A stretch of DNA of 64,000 nucleotides from Octopus vulgaris (Eukaryota): assembly GCA_951406725.2 (NCBI GenBank), contig OX597818.1:130200001-130264000 (forward strand). Direction: 5' to 3'. The notes beneath the pieces are model-generated. The model saw nothing but the letters and a program-made list of their open reading frames with translations. It was not told the origin of the DNA and did not search any database. Positions 38,512-52,463 of the stretch are shown here, in pieces. Position 1 is the first letter of the stretch, and every line of letters begins with the position of its first letter. A program made the translations under genes and the position numbers.

Positions 38512-38883
38512 ATCTTTTCTTTTATTTGTTTCAGTTATTTGACTGTGGCCATGTTGGAGCACTGCCTTTAGTCAAAAAAATCAACCCCAGGACTTATTCT
38601 ATCCATCTCTTTTGTCAAACTGCTAAGTTATGGGGATGTAAATACACCAACATCAGCTGTCAAGTGATGGGAGGACAAACACAGACACAAAAATACAAAC
38701 ATATATATACATACATACATACATATTAAGGGCTTCTTCCAGTTTCCATTTGCTAAATCCACTCACAAGGCTTTGGTTGGCTCGAGACTATAGAAGTCAC
38801 TTGCCCAAGGTGCCAGACAGTGGGACTGAACCTGAGACCATGTGGTGTGGAAGCAAGCTTTTTACCACACACCTACTTCTGTG

Positions 38884-38887
<4 letters not shown>
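38512..38887 (-). mobile_element. SINE family A, older copy
   Basis: Homology to other A copies. Confidence 0.85.
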
Positions 38888-38926
<39 letters not shown>

Positions 38927-39000
38927 CCATATAATGGCAAAGGTGCTTTTAAATACATGCTGTGTGGGTCTTACCAAGATATATATATATATATATATAT

Positions 39001-39363
39001 ATTCTTTTTTATTTTTTATTTGTTTCAGTCATTTGACTGTGGGCATGTTGGAGCGCCACTTTAGTCGAACAAATCGACCCCAGGACTTATTCTTTCTAAG
39101 CCTAGTACTTATTCTATTGGTCTCTTTTGCCGAACCGCTAAGTTACAGGGACATAAACACACCAGCATCAATTCTCAAACAATGGTGGGGGTACAAACAC
39201 AGACAGGCAAGCACACACACACACACACACATATATATGACGGTTTTCTTTCAGTTTCTGTCAACCAAATCCATTCACAAAGCTTTAGTCAGCCCGAGGC
39301 TATAGTAGAAGACACTTGTTCAAGGTGTCCCACAGTGGGACTTAACCTAGAACCTTGTGGTTG

Positions 39364-39365
<2 letters not shown>
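39001..39365 (-). mobile_element. SINE family A, head truncated
   Basis: Homology to other A copies. Confidence 0.87.
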
Positions 39366-39414
<49 letters not shown>

Positions 39415-39927
39415 GCAAGAGAGAGAGAAAGAGATTCAGAAACCAAAACAAAAGATACACTTACTATTATTATCCTAATGATAATAATCATCATTTCTAT
39501 TATAGTCACATGGCCTGAAATTTGTGGGGAAGAGGGAGAGGATAGTCTATTACATCGACACCTGTACTTCAAATGGTACTTTACTTCGTCAGTCTCAAAA
39601 TGATGAAGGATGATGATGATTATTGCTTTAAATTTTGCTTGATTCTTTTGTTACTAATTAATACGGCTGGAGTGGAAATGTTATTGGTATATTTAAGAAA
39701 AATAGAAGAAATGAAAGTTTGTATAGACTAAAATAAAAATAAATGCTTTTAGTTTAGAGAAGGTGTGTGTGTTTGTGTGTTTGTGTGTGTGTGTGTGTGT
39801 GTGTTTGTGTGCGTTTGTGTTTGTGTGTGTGTGTGTGCATGCATGCACACAAATATATACAAACACCAACAGAAGACATACACAAATACACACATATATA
39901 TATTCATATTCAAGGAGTGAGAGATTC

Positions 39928-39982
<55 letters not shown>

Positions 39983-40309
39983 GAGACAGATAGAGAGAGA
40001 GGGAGATAGCTAGGAAGGTAATGTTGTGAAAATAAGCTCTCATAATATATATTGCATCTTTGTTATGGTTCTGATTCCCAGATGCAACTTTTTCAATTCA
40101 CTGGAGTAAGGTATAAATATCAATTCTCTACGCTTCCACTCAATACACCAAATATCACAGTTTTGTTAGAAATGAATATAAATAGTCAAACATGCGACTG
40201 TTATTTGATTCTATCTCATTGGGGAGTAAAATATTACACAATTTTTCAAGAATGTCAGTAAAGATATATCTGTGTGCATGTAAGTGCATAAGTATGTGTG
40301 TGTAAGCAT

Positions 40310-40733
40310 GTATATAAATATATATATATACATATATATATACATATATACATATACATATATATATATACATATATATATATACATATACATATATACA
40401 TATATACATATACATATACATATATACATATATACATATACATATATACATATATACATATACATATATACATATATATATATACATATACATATATATA
40501 TATACATATACATATATACATATACATATACATATATATATACATATATATATACATATACATATATATACATATATATATACATATATATTTACATATG
40601 CATATATATATACATATACATATATATATATACATATATAAATATATACATATACATATATACACATATACATATACATATATATATATATATACATATA
40701 TATATACATATACATATATATATACATATACAT

Positions 40734-40791
<58 letters not shown>

Positions 40792-40792
40792 A
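40310..40792. repeat. (TA)n/(CATATA)n microsatellite
   Basis: Direct inspection. Confidence 0.95.
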
Positions 40793-40982
40793 TGAAGTGA
40801 ATTATTAATGTTATTTTGTTTCCTTTTCCTTAACAATATACTATAAGGCTTTAGAGTGAAATAATTATATTAAGCATTAAGAACAAAAAGAAAATATGCT
40901 ACGTTATTTTCCTAGTATTTGACACAAGTCATGTGGGTGCCATCACTGTGGGCATCGAGTCTAAACACAAGGGTTTTGTTCT

Positions 40983-41130
40983 CTACACCAATCTCTGTAT
41001 ATATAACTCTGCTTCAATCCTATTCACCATTCTTGTCAAGGTCTCCAAGCTCATCTGTTTAAAAGCAGCAATGGATAAAATATGACATCTCTGACAGTTC
41101 TTGTAGATAAATACTGTGGCAGGCTGAAGT
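40983..41130 (-). pseudogene. Possible Tc1/mariner transposase C-terminal relic
   Basis: SIAAFKQMSLETLTRMVNRIEAEL resembles I.AAF..I+...L.R+...+..RL. Confidence 0.35.
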
Positions 41131-41726
41131 ATGGAAGTATGCAGTATAACGGATGTTTTTGATTCTTCCTTCAAGAAATGAAGAAACAACAAGCTATGTC
41201 AAATATTTACATGTCCATATATTTGGTTTTACATCTATTTAATCGCAGCTCCTCTCAGAGTATCCTGTCCAATTTGCTGAATGGATAGCTTTGTGTCAGG
41301 CAAGCCAAATTTCTCAAAATGCGATATGTTGAGCTTAATTGCTGGGTTATCAGTTACTTAGTGAGAATAAAACTTTCTTATGGGGACATACTGTTCTTAA
41401 AATGTAAAAGAATAACTTGATATAAAAGAAAGTATCCAATTGTCTTCCCAAAGGAAGCCATCTGCATTGAGGTAAAACCTGAAAAATGCCTCAATTGACT
41501 GTGGAAAACATTCATTACAATATTGCTTTCTTATTTATATATTTATTCATCATTTAAACGACCACTGTTGTTTAAACAAAAATATAGGCAGAAATGTATA
41601 TTATTCAACCAAATAAAAAAATTTATATTTATTATATTATATTTGATATATATATATGTGTGTGTGTATGTATATTTATATGATGTCTGATATATATATA
41701 TATATGTATATAAAAATATGATGTCT

Positions 41727-41797
<71 letters not shown>

Positions 41798-41809
41798 GTA
41801 TGTATGTAT

Positions 41810-42163
41810 GAGTGGAGGCGCAATGATTCAGTGGTTAGGGCAGTGGAGTCGTAGTCAAAGGATCACCGTTTCAATCCCCAGACCAGGCGTTGTGAGTGTT
41901 TACTGAGTGAAAACACCTAAAGCTCTATGAGACTCTGGCAGGGGGGGGGGTGGCAAACCATGCTGTATTCTTTCACCAGAACTTTCACTCTTTCTTCCTG
42001 TTTCTGTTGTACCTGTATTTCAAAGGGCCAGCATGACTGAGAACTACATTAAGGGTATATATGTCTGTGGAGTACTCAGCCACTTACACATTAATTTCAT
42101 GAGCAGGCTGTTCCGTTGATCGGTTCAACTGGAACCCATGTTGTCGTAACCAATGGAGTGCCA
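41810..42163 (+). mobile_element. SINE family C (tail C1), internally deleted
   Basis: gagtggaggcgcaatgattcagtggttagggc...gtcgtaaccaatggagtgcc. Confidence 0.88.
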
Positions 42164-42221
42164 CTATATGTATGTGTGTGTGTGTATATGCATATATATA
42201 AACATCATATATATAATGTTT

Positions 42222-42223
<2 letters not shown>

Positions 42224-42260
<37 letters not shown>

Positions 42261-42268
42261 CTTGATAG

Positions 42269-42306
<38 letters not shown>

Positions 42307-42398
42307 CTTGATAGACATACATACATACATATATATATATATAAATATATATATGATGCTTGATAGACATACATACATACATACATATATATATATAC

Positions 42399-42453
<55 letters not shown>
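42224..42453. repeat. Minisatellite: (AT)n plus gatgcttgatagacatacat, three copies
   Basis: Direct inspection. Confidence 0.9.
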
Positions 42454-42457
<4 letters not shown>

Positions 42458-42953
42458 CATATATTCTCACGAATCATAAAAACAGCAGTAAAAATGTCAA
42501 AACTAGAAAATATAACTGTTCAGATGCGTACGAGAATAAATAAAAATAATGTATGTAAAAGTTGAATATTTAAGCAAAACACAGACATCACTCTTATATA
42601 ATGTCACCTACTCACCCATCCACAGGTGAATTATTGATATAAGGTGGAATCTGCAAGATTTTATTGATTGAGCTTAACTTATTTCAGAAAAGATTATTCA
42701 TAATTCTATTCATATTTTGTTTTCTATCTTGAAATGACAACCAACTGCCTGATACATGAGAATACTTGTTTTGTTTTTTTTTTATTTCTATTTGATTATT
42801 TGTTCTATTTATTTATTTATTTTTAAAACTCTGCATTTAAATGGATGGATGTTTTTTCTTATTTTTTTTTTTATTTTTATCATTATTGTATATTTATTTA
42901 TTAAAGCAAGCTATATTAATTAGTAAAAAAACAATCAAGCAAGTAAACAGCAA

Positions 42954-42988
<35 letters not shown>

Positions 42989-43035
42989 TTAATATTAATT
43001 ATCATCATTCTTAACATACTTCTTATTATCATCAA

Positions 43036-43087
<52 letters not shown>

Positions 43088-43865
43088 GAGGGTGGCAGAA
43101 TCGTTAGCATGTTGGGCACAATGCTTAGCAACATTTTGTCCATCTTTACGTTCTGAGTTCAAATTCTGCTGAGGTTGACCTTGCCTTCGATCTTTTTTTT
43201 TTGGGGGGGCAATAAAATAAGTACCAGTTAAATATTGGGGATCAATGTAACCAATAAAATCATTCCCCTCATTGCTGGCTTTAAGCCAAAATTTGAAACC
43301 ATTATTACTAATAATTATTGTTAATACAGATTTGGACTGGCTGTATTGTCAGAGAGTCAGAATGCCTTGTGGTATTTGTTCTGTACTTTATGTTAAATTC
43401 AAATCCTGCTGAGGTCAAATTTACGTTTCACCATTGCAAGTTCTTAAAATAAAGTGTCAGTCATGTACAAGCATCGATTTTATTTTCTAATTCTGTCCAC
43501 CTAAAATTTCAGGCCATATACCTTCATTAGAAACAATTTTTAATTTTACTGTTATTATTTGCTGAGAGGTCAACTTTGCCTTTTACCCTTTTGAGATTAC
43601 TAAAATAGGTACCAGTGGAGCACTGGGGTTCTGCCAAAAATTGGAAACCATTAAAAGCGGTGTGCTGGCAGAAGTGTTAGTGTGCTGGACAAAATGCTTA
43701 GCAGTATTTTGCCTGTTGCTACACTCTGAGTTCAAATTCTGCTGAGGTTGACTTTACCTTTCACCCTTTCTGGTTGATAAAATAAGTACCATTTGAACAC
43801 TGGGGTCAATGTAATTGACTCATTCCCTCCCCCAAAATGCTTGCCGTCATGGCAAAATTTGAAAC

Positions 43866-43898
<33 letters not shown>

Positions 43899-44360
43899 CA
43901 TCATCATCATCATCATCATCACTAAGGTGGTGAGCTGGCAAAGTCATTAGTATGCCAGGCAAAATGCTTCACGGCATTTTGTCTATCTTTATGTTCTGAG
44001 TCAAAATTCTGCTGAGTTCAACTTTGCCGTTCAGCCTTTTGGGGTTGATAAAATAAGTATCAGCTGAGAACTGGGGTCGATTTCATCGACTTACTCCCTC
44101 CCCAAAATTGCTGGCCTTGTGCTAAAATTTGAAACCATTATTATTATTATTAATAAATTGGTGAGCTGACTGAATTGTTAGCATGCTGGGCGAAATGCTT
44201 AGTGGTATTTCGTCTGGCGCTACGTTCTGAGTTCTCAACTTTGCCTTTGATCCCTTCAGGGTCAATAAATTAAGTACCAGTAAAGCACTAGGGTCAATGT
44301 AATAAACTAGCCCCCTCCTCCAAAATTTCAGGCCTTGTGCCTTTAGTAGGAAGGATAATT
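43088..44360 (+). mobile_element. Head-to-tail array of about 6 old family B SINEs with (TTA)n/(TCA)n spacers
   Basis: Recurring ggcagaa..gttagc, gagttcaaattctgctgagg, gataaaataagtacca, aaatttgaaacc(att)n. Confidence 0.85.
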
Positions 44361-45087
44361 GTTATTATTAATGATAAATTGAAGTTTTATTTAATAATAA
44401 TGTACTTCTCTAAATAAAATGTAACAATAATATTTAGAAAATTAAAACAGTTATCGAATAAGAAATATTTAGAAACACATATATACATGCATGCAGATGC
44501 GCACACATACACATACACAAACAAACATAATTTGTGTAACGTATATATTTTGCTACTTATACCTAGCTGGTAAAGGGAAAAAAAACCCAGACAGACAGGA
44601 AACTGGAAAAAACATAAATAAAGACTAATGAATTTTTACATGTGTAAGCTTTCTTCTTTTCCTTCTTCAAATCAGAACAATGTTGCAACTGCTTCTCTAA
44701 ATGTTTTAAAGTTTCGAACATTTTTTGCTTTTTTTTTTAAATTTTTTTTTTTTACATTTTAATCTTTTGTTATGTTTTTATATGTCTATAAAGTAAATAA
44801 ATAAACAACTTTTTTTTTCTTTCTTTTTAAGAACAAACAAAGCAACATTTGAGCATCTGGCATGAAAAAGTAATATAAATTAGATTATGGTTTCTTTACT
44901 TTGAAAGAAATGATTCATTTCAAGAATTTGATGAATTTACATTTGGACATCATCAGATTCCTTATAAATTTTCCAGAAACGTATCAGTTTACTCATTTTC
45001 TCTTCCGGTTGGCAGTTTGAATACAACGATTTAAAGAAGAGTGAAGTATAGATGTCAAATCCTATTTTTATTGTATTTCAAAAATTC

Positions 45088-45151
45088 TATTAGTATTACT
45101 ATCCTTATTACTATTATTATTACCATTATTATTATTATTACTACTACCACA

Positions 45152-45189
<38 letters not shown>

Positions 45190-45325
45190 CATTACTACTA
45201 ATACTACTACTACTACCACCATTACTACTACTACTACTGCTACTACTACTACCACCACCACCACCACCACCACCATACTACTACTACTACTACTACTACT
45301 ACTACAACTACTACTACTACCACTA

Positions 45326-45356
<31 letters not shown>

Positions 45357-45418
45357 CACTACCACTACCACTACTACTACCACTACCACTACCACTACTA
45401 CTACTATTATTATTATTA
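45088..45418. repeat. (ATT)n/(ACT)n/(ACC)n trinucleotide tract
   Basis: Direct inspection. Confidence 0.95.
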
Positions 45419-45691
45419 AGGCGGCGAACTGGCAGAATTATTAGCATAACAGGTGAAATGCTAAGTGGTATTTCATCCATCTTCACATTTTGAGATCAAA
45501 TTCTGCTAAGGTCATCTTTGTCATTCATCCTTTTGGGATTGATAAAATATATACCAGCTGAGTACTGGGGTCAATGTAATTGACTATACCCCTCTCCCTA
45601 AATTTCAGGCTTTGTACCTATAGTAGAAAGGACCACTACTACTACCACTACTACTGTTATCATTACTACAATAATAATAATAATAATAATA

Positions 45692-45726
<35 letters not shown>

Positions 45727-45950
45727 AATAATAATTATTATTATTATTAAGGTAGTGAGCTGGCAGAATTGTTCGCATGCTGGGCAAAATGTTGCTATGT
45801 TCTGGGTTCGAATTCTGCCATGGTTGACTTTGCTTTTGATCCTTCTGGGGTCAATAAATTAAGTACCAGTCAAGTACTGGGGTCAATAAAGTCGACTTAC
45901 CTCCGCCCCTAAAATTCTAGGCCTTTTGTCAAGAGCAGAAAGAGTTATCA
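45418..45950 (+). mobile_element. Two tandem family B SINEs (45418-45632 and 45748-45950)
   Basis: Homology to other B copies; separated by a trinucleotide tract. Confidence 0.85.
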
Positions 45951-46184
45951 TTATTATACAATTACTATTCTTTCAAAAATTGTTAGTGTGTCATGGAATA
46001 ATAGTCTTACTACAACTTCTTACTAAGCAGGATGTCATAGCTTATTGTCCAAAATAAAATATTTTGGTCATGCTCCCTCTTTCCCACCCACCCCAACACT
46101 TAGACTATTACAATACTGGTTTTTAGGGTATTAGGAAAGACTGTAGACTTGTGACATCTTTCACACTAAACTTGCACCTCTTGC

Positions 46185-46460
46185 CTGAAAAGGGACCTTG
46201 AAGACCATACTGCAATGGGAATGCAACAATCTGGTTGCCATCAACAGCACTATTACACAAAAACTATTGCCCTAACAAGGAATTATCAACCTCACACTTT
46301 CTGGTGAGATTTCATTCATCTATATAAAATCTTCCCGTAGACTAAGTTTTGTTGTCAGGTCCAAAAACTACTTCAGTTCTCAAAAGATACTAACCTTCTA
46401 CAAAGCTAAAATGTGACCCACAAAATGAATTCTACTCACATGTTTTGGATGGCACTGTCG
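46185..46460 (+). pseudogene. L2/CR1-group LINE RT C-terminal relic
   Basis: KTILQWECNNLVAINSTITQ; KSSRRLSFVVRSKNYFSSQKILTFYKAKM*P; EFYSHVLDG, compared with I..WG..NLV.FN..KTQ and LL.LYKAQVRP.MEYCSHVWDG. Confidence 0.75.
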
Positions 46461-46871
46461 CTAGAGATAAACATTCCCTGTTGTTTTGATTATACTATTT
46501 ACCCTAGATCATATATATTCTCTACACATTGTGTCTATATCCAAGACTTATGTCTGGCTGGATTTCAGGTAGAACAGTGCTGTGACAATGACACCTATTT
46601 GGCCAGTAACACTTATCCTTAAATATCTGCTTGTTCCCATAAGTAAACAGACTGTCTCTTCATTGATGGCATGTTGAATCTGGAGAATTTTTGATATCGT
46701 GGTATTATCTTCTGTTTCATTTGGAGCTGCTTGCAATTGATGCTAGGTGGGTTTTTTTTACCTTCTCTCAAAATGAATCTCTTCATCCTTGTCATTCAAA
46801 TTTATGCTCATGCTCAATTTTAATTATGCATTATTAGATTATTTTCCAGTCTAATAATGCTTCTAGATTAA

Positions 46872-47091
46872 CCCTTTTGTTACTGTATTTATTTTGAGAT
46901 GCTCTGTGTTTCTTTCAATTACTTTAAATGTAACAAAGAATTTAGTAAAATAACTTTATTATCATTGAGTTAGTGTTAGAAACATTAATTGTGACTAAGG
47001 TTTGGTGTACGATTTTAATTCAAAACTTATGAAAACAAGACATTTATACTCAGAGCCAAAGCCGGTTTCAGCCAGGTTGGTAACAAAAGGG
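46872..47091. mobile_element. 220 bp piggyBac-type MITE
   Basis: TTAA TSDs at 46868-46871 and 47092-47095; perfect 12 bp TIR cccttttgttac. Confidence 0.9.
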
Positions 47092-47851
47092 TTAATAGAG
47101 ACCTTCAGTTACACTTGTGCCACATTTCAGCTAAATTTGAAGAAGACATTGTGAATGTCAGCTCTTAGCTATTTCAAATAAAGTTAAAAACAATAAGAGC
47201 TAAGTGCAAAGGCTCAACTGAGAATTGAAACAGTGTTGGAAATTAGGCTTTCTGGGAGATTGTCGTTAATCTGCAGGTGTAGATACAGACTGCAGCAATT
47301 TTCTCTTTGTCTTTGTATAAACATTCTATCTGGAAGAATGAAAAGTTAACTTGTTATTTAACTCTTCAAAAATATATTCATCTTCCCTAATAAAATTATG
47401 GTAGTTTAACATTAAAATGTATTTTGAACTTACAGTTATTCAGTGTGTACAACAGGTTTAATTTCACATAATTCAGTTCACACAGACTTCAGAAATAGGA
47501 AATAATTTATCTGAGAATTTCATTCAAAAGAGATTGGCATCTTTTACAAGTATTTTTACCTCTGAACTGCTTATTGCCATTAAACCAAAACTAAATATCT
47601 ATCAACACAAAAGATACCTCTACTTTAGCAAACTACTGTATCTGTCCATGTTAAAATGACTAAATGGGTAAAACAGTGATCTACCTGCTCTCATGTAGAG
47701 TTCTAATGTGACGCAGGCATTTCATAATGTTACCAGACAGAACAATTTATTTTATATTACCCGAGTTCACCTAAACTGCTGAATAATCTGAGAATGTCAC
47801 TTGCAAGAGACTAACATCTTCCCCTAAAGTAATCTGTCTTTTATCTATATC

Positions 47852-48085
47852 TGTTTCTTTATTACCCACAAGGGGCTAAACACAAAGGGGACAAACAAGG
47901 ACAGACAAACGGATTAATTCGATTATATCGAACCCCAGTGCGTAACTGGTACTTAATTTATCGACCCCGAAAGGATGAAAGGCAAAGTCGGCCTCGGCGG
48001 AATTTGAACTCAGAACGTAACGGCAGACGAAATACGGCTACGCATTTCGCCTGGCATGCTAACGTTTCTACCAGCTCGCTGCCTT
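47852..48085 (-). mobile_element. SINE family B, young
   Basis: Homology to other B copies. Confidence 0.9.
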
Positions 48086-48862
48086 GATATCACGTCATAA
48101 AACTGGACCTAGGCACCAGCCATAAAAAATCTGGTAGCTTAAGAGGAGCATTTTCATATTTATTATAGATGCGAACAACTTTTTATTTGAACTAGGTATA
48201 TATATTTTGCAGATAGAAATAAGTATGACTACCTCTTGACAAAACACTGCATGTTCATCCCTCATGCTGAATATATTTGCCTTTATATATACATTGCAAG
48301 ATAAAAGTAATTCAGCATAAGGGCTGAATGTGTTTGTGATTACTTGTGTTTAGAAAAATCAAGAACTGGGTTTTATTTGACATAGCTCTACAGGACTGAT
48401 TGATTTATTGATAGATGTATTGATTCATTGAAAGATGAATAGATTAAGAGATAGACAGATTGAGTAGAGGATAGATGGATGAACAGAAAAATAGACAAAT
48501 ATAAAAATGGGCAGATAGGCATCCTGGTGGAGATACACACTGACTGATGGATGCAATAAGAGATGGACTGTTAGACGGACAGGTAAAGACAAAGAGCGAA
48601 GAGAAAGGAACAGAAAGACAGAGTTAATGAGGGAAACTAGTTAACGTAATACCTTGAGGTGGAAACTAAAAAGCTAAAGAGAGAAATAAATGAATTCAAT
48701 AATGTATTAATTTTATGGCATTGTAATGGCACAAATGTTCCAGAGGTTCATAGTTGTAAGAGTAAAAGAACATCATTCTTACAGTCAGAATGCATTGCAG
48801 AAAGAGACAGGTAAAACAGGTATATGTAAGGAATTGAGGCTGTGAACAAGATCACATGTAAT

Positions 48863-49453
48863 CAGAGCTGCTGCCACTAAGTTCCTGCAAACCCTACAGT
48901 CGTAGGGGGCCTCTGTAGTTCAGGGGTCCCATGTTAAGATCAAGGTATATACATGAGTCATCTATTTACTTTGGTTAAGATATTGAGCAAGAATTAAACT
49001 ATGTTAACTAAAAATGAAAAAAAAATAAAACAGTAAAAAGTTCTTGCAAAAATATTACATTGGACCATGAACATGTACCAGACTTTGTGGATTGTCTATG
49101 ATATCCATTGAACACGAACTTAGCTTCTCAGTTTGGTTATTCTGAACTGATTGATGATTTTGTGAAATGAAAAGTGTACAGTGTTCATCTTTTAAAGTTG
49201 CCTGTATTATAAAAGTGCTCTTTTATTCATATCTGGAAGTTTTACTTATTGAAATTTGTAATAGACCAAAATAAATTTAACTTGTACTTTTAAAGATGTT
49301 CTTTAGGATAATGTGAAATATTGACCTTCAGATAGAATAAAATAAAATATAGCTATGAATAATAGGTGCATAAACTATGAATTTTGACACAAGGGATGGG
49401 GGCCACGAAACAAAAAGTTGCAGGGGGCCTCTAAAAGTCACAAGAAAAAGCTG
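48863..49453 (+). mobile_element. hAT deletion derivative
   Basis: CAG...CTG ends; 8 bp TSD catgtaat/catgtaac; subterminal agggggcctct repeats; KILHWTMN..RLCGLSMISIEHEL..YSELIDDF matches the hATC dimerisation motif LRSTM.QERL.GLA++SIE. Confidence 0.72.
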
Positions 49454-50071
49454 CATGTAACATTCAGTTGTTCACAACTTTTAACTTAAAAAATAACTAG
49501 GAAAACTCATTTTAAGAGATGCAGATAGCTAAATTACTCAAGTGTTGATTTATTGGTAAAGAGACAAAAGAAGAAAAAAATTTTCATCGTAGCTGTTATT
49601 CTAAGTCTCTAGCATAGATTTTTAGCTTCCATTAGATAAAAATCGCAAAAAAAAAACACTGTTAAACTAGAGTAAGAAGTAATCACTTATATAACAGTTG
49701 AATAATTCCTTATCTTTTATTATTGCAATCAAAGGTTCAGGTCAATAACAAAAAATATGTGACAGATTTTAATTCAAAACCAAGATACTTGAAGAGGTTG
49801 TATAAGTTTCATTTAACTAACCAGCATTATTAAAACAAATTTAATTGTTCCCCACCCTCTCTTTCTCTCTCATTTACTTGTTTTCTTTTGTTTGTTTTTT
49901 TCAGAGAACATCCAATTTCTTTCACTAAACTAAAAGAATTTACATGAAATATTACACTTATTATAAGTAGAAATACTGGCTAAAATAAATAGATATTTTC
50001 AAAAATTGCTGGTTTATCTTTAATGAGTTGAAGACAAAGATAATAAGGAAGATAAAATAATTGTGTTCATA

Positions 50072-50111
<40 letters not shown>

Positions 50112-51204
50112 AGAGAAAGAAAGAGAGAGCACAAGAGTGTGTATATGTACATGGTTGTCATGGTAATGATGATATCATCTGAACAGTACCAATAATTATA
50201 TAAGCAGTAAATTACAAGACTAAAGACAGTAATATTGCCAACAAAGGAAGATTCCAAAGAGAAACAAATGGATATCACACTACTTTAACAAAAGGAATAT
50301 CATCCTTCAATCCACATGCCATTCACTGACTGGTCACTCAGAGCTTATCTCCGGTCTAGTACACCAACCATCCCAATCCCTAATCAATAGGGGATTTGTT
50401 CAATGAGAAATTCTTCATAATGATGTTTGGTTTTCCTCTGTAACTGTCGATTATCTTTGAAGATTCTATAAGATAAGATAATATAAAGACATTCTGCAAT
50501 GCCTTCTTTCAGCTAGAGATTACATTTCTATCTCCCTATTCATTAGTTAGAGTGTATGATGACCAGTTTACTATAATTCCAAGCAGCTTATGTCTACTCT
50601 ACTTCAATGGATTGCAGTAATGGTTGATGTGGTTTCAACTAGAACTCACCCAACAGATTACATTTACAAACAAAAATGTACATAGTTTGGTAAATAAACA
50701 TAATGGAATTTACTGGGAAACATTTATTTCTGATTTTGCAGTTAAAGTATGTTTATAAAAACAGGTGTAGGTAAAAAGTGGAATTATAATAAATTAACTT
50801 GAAAATAATTAAAACTGTGGAATCATTTATGACTGATGTGATAAAGGAGAAAGTGTATAAATGTTTAGTCACTGTTAAAGAGTCTGAGTAATAAAATGAA
50901 AGAGTAGGGAGCTTTCATTTAGTTCCTATTGTCACCTATATTGTGAATATGTCAACTATAGAGCCAAAAAACCTGTCAAATGTTAAATACGTAAAGACAT
51001 TAATTCTTCTTGAGTGCATGAAGATAAATTACTCAATTGACTCATATAAATTCTTACTCCGCCCACCCAGAAGAATTTGTATTTGTATTTTTTACTCATG
51101 AAGAGTCAAGCTGAGATTTCCCTCACTTTTAGGTCTTTTATGAATAGCAATCATCTACTCACCTCTATTATCTCTTCAACCTCTCCAGACTTATTTTTCA
51201 TTAT

Positions 51205-51612
51205 AGTCGAGGTGGCGCTGGCATCGGCCACGATTCGTAAAAAGCACTATCTGAATCGTTGCCGATGCCAGCGCCACCTCGACTCGCTTCCGTGTCAGTG
51301 GCACGTAAAAAGCACCATCCGAATCGTGGCCGAAGCCAGTGCCGCCTGGACTGGCTTCCGTGAAGGTGGCATGTAAAATGCACCAATCCGACCGTGGCCG
51401 ATGCCAGCCTCGCCTGGCACCAGTGCAGGTGGCACGTAAAAAGCACCCACTACACTCATGGAGTGGTTGGCGTTAGGAAGGGCATCCAGCTGTAGAAACA
51501 TTGCCAGATAAGACCGGAGCCTGGTGCAGCCTTCTGGCTTCCCAGATCCCCAGTCGAACCGTCCAACCCATGCTAGCATGGAGAACGGACGTTAAACGAT
51601 GATGATGATGAT
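51205..51612 (+). mobile_element. SINE family F with 5' inversion and internal tandem units
   Basis: gtggcacgtaaaaagcac units, ggttggcgttaggaagggcatccagc, ccatgctagcatgg stem, (GAT)n tail. Confidence 0.9.
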
Positions 51613-51659
51613 ATACCAATTAAAGAAGTTTAGAAATGTTCTATAAATAACCACCTAAA

Positions 51660-52095
51660 GTAGTACCAAACTGATGGAGTAAATTATGAAAGTAACAGAA
51701 ATGTAGCACAAGTCATTAGGAAGAGAATTGGCTTAGATGCAAAGCAGTTTGGGTTTGTGATAGCAATATCCTTTTCCTAATGAGACAACTATAAGACACA
51801 TCCTTAGCTAAGAGAAAGACATTATGCTTACTATCAATTGATCTGGATTCTCCATATTTGACAAGGATACCACACACTGTATTCAGGTGGTCATTAAGAA
51901 AGCTAAGTACAAGAGTTGTACAAACCATGTTCAGAGACAGTTTTTGGCAAATGAGAGTTGGAAAAGTTGGAAATGAGTTCAGTTAAGAATTTAATGTAAA
52001 TGCAAGTGTCCATTGAAACTGAGTTCAGACAAGTTGTCTGAAGGAACTCCTGTATATACTGATAGCCTAGTACTCACAGTGGAATCAGAGAATTC
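51660..52095 (+). pseudogene. RTE-clade LINE RT relic
   Basis: KLME*IMKVTE..IRKRIGLDAKQFGFV..ILFLMRQL..KTLCLLSIDL..RIPHTVFRWSLRKL..MRVG.EFS*EFNV..VH..ELLY.DSLVLTVES. Confidence 0.85.
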
Positions 52096-52130
52096 GAAAT
52101 ATTTGACTAGAAGACTCAATTATTGGTTGG

Positions 52131-52463
52131 GACCCCCTTTGGTCATGACACTGACCATGGGATTGCACCTAGAAAGTTACCCTCCTAGTCACAAGTCTGG
52201 GCAAGGTGGTTTTTATGGAAGACCAGAAGTCGCCCATGCATACCGGCCTCCCCTCTCCATGCCACCAGTGTTATCCAAGGGAAAGGCAACAGCTGATACA
52301 GCTTGGCACCCGTGATGTCGCAACTCATTTCTACAGCTGAGTTAACTGGAGCAAACATGAAATAAAGTGTCTTGAACACAACATGCAGCCTGGTCAGGGA
52401 TTCAAGCTCACAACCTCACGATCATAAGATCGACGCTCTAACCACTGAGCCATGCACCTTCAC
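52131..52463 (-). mobile_element. SINE family E
   Basis: Homology to 22409-22736. Confidence 0.87.

Noticed and set aside
45041-45493. Mucin-like poly-Thr/Leu or poly-Ser/Val ORFs
   Set aside because: A trinucleotide microsatellite running into a SINE B head.
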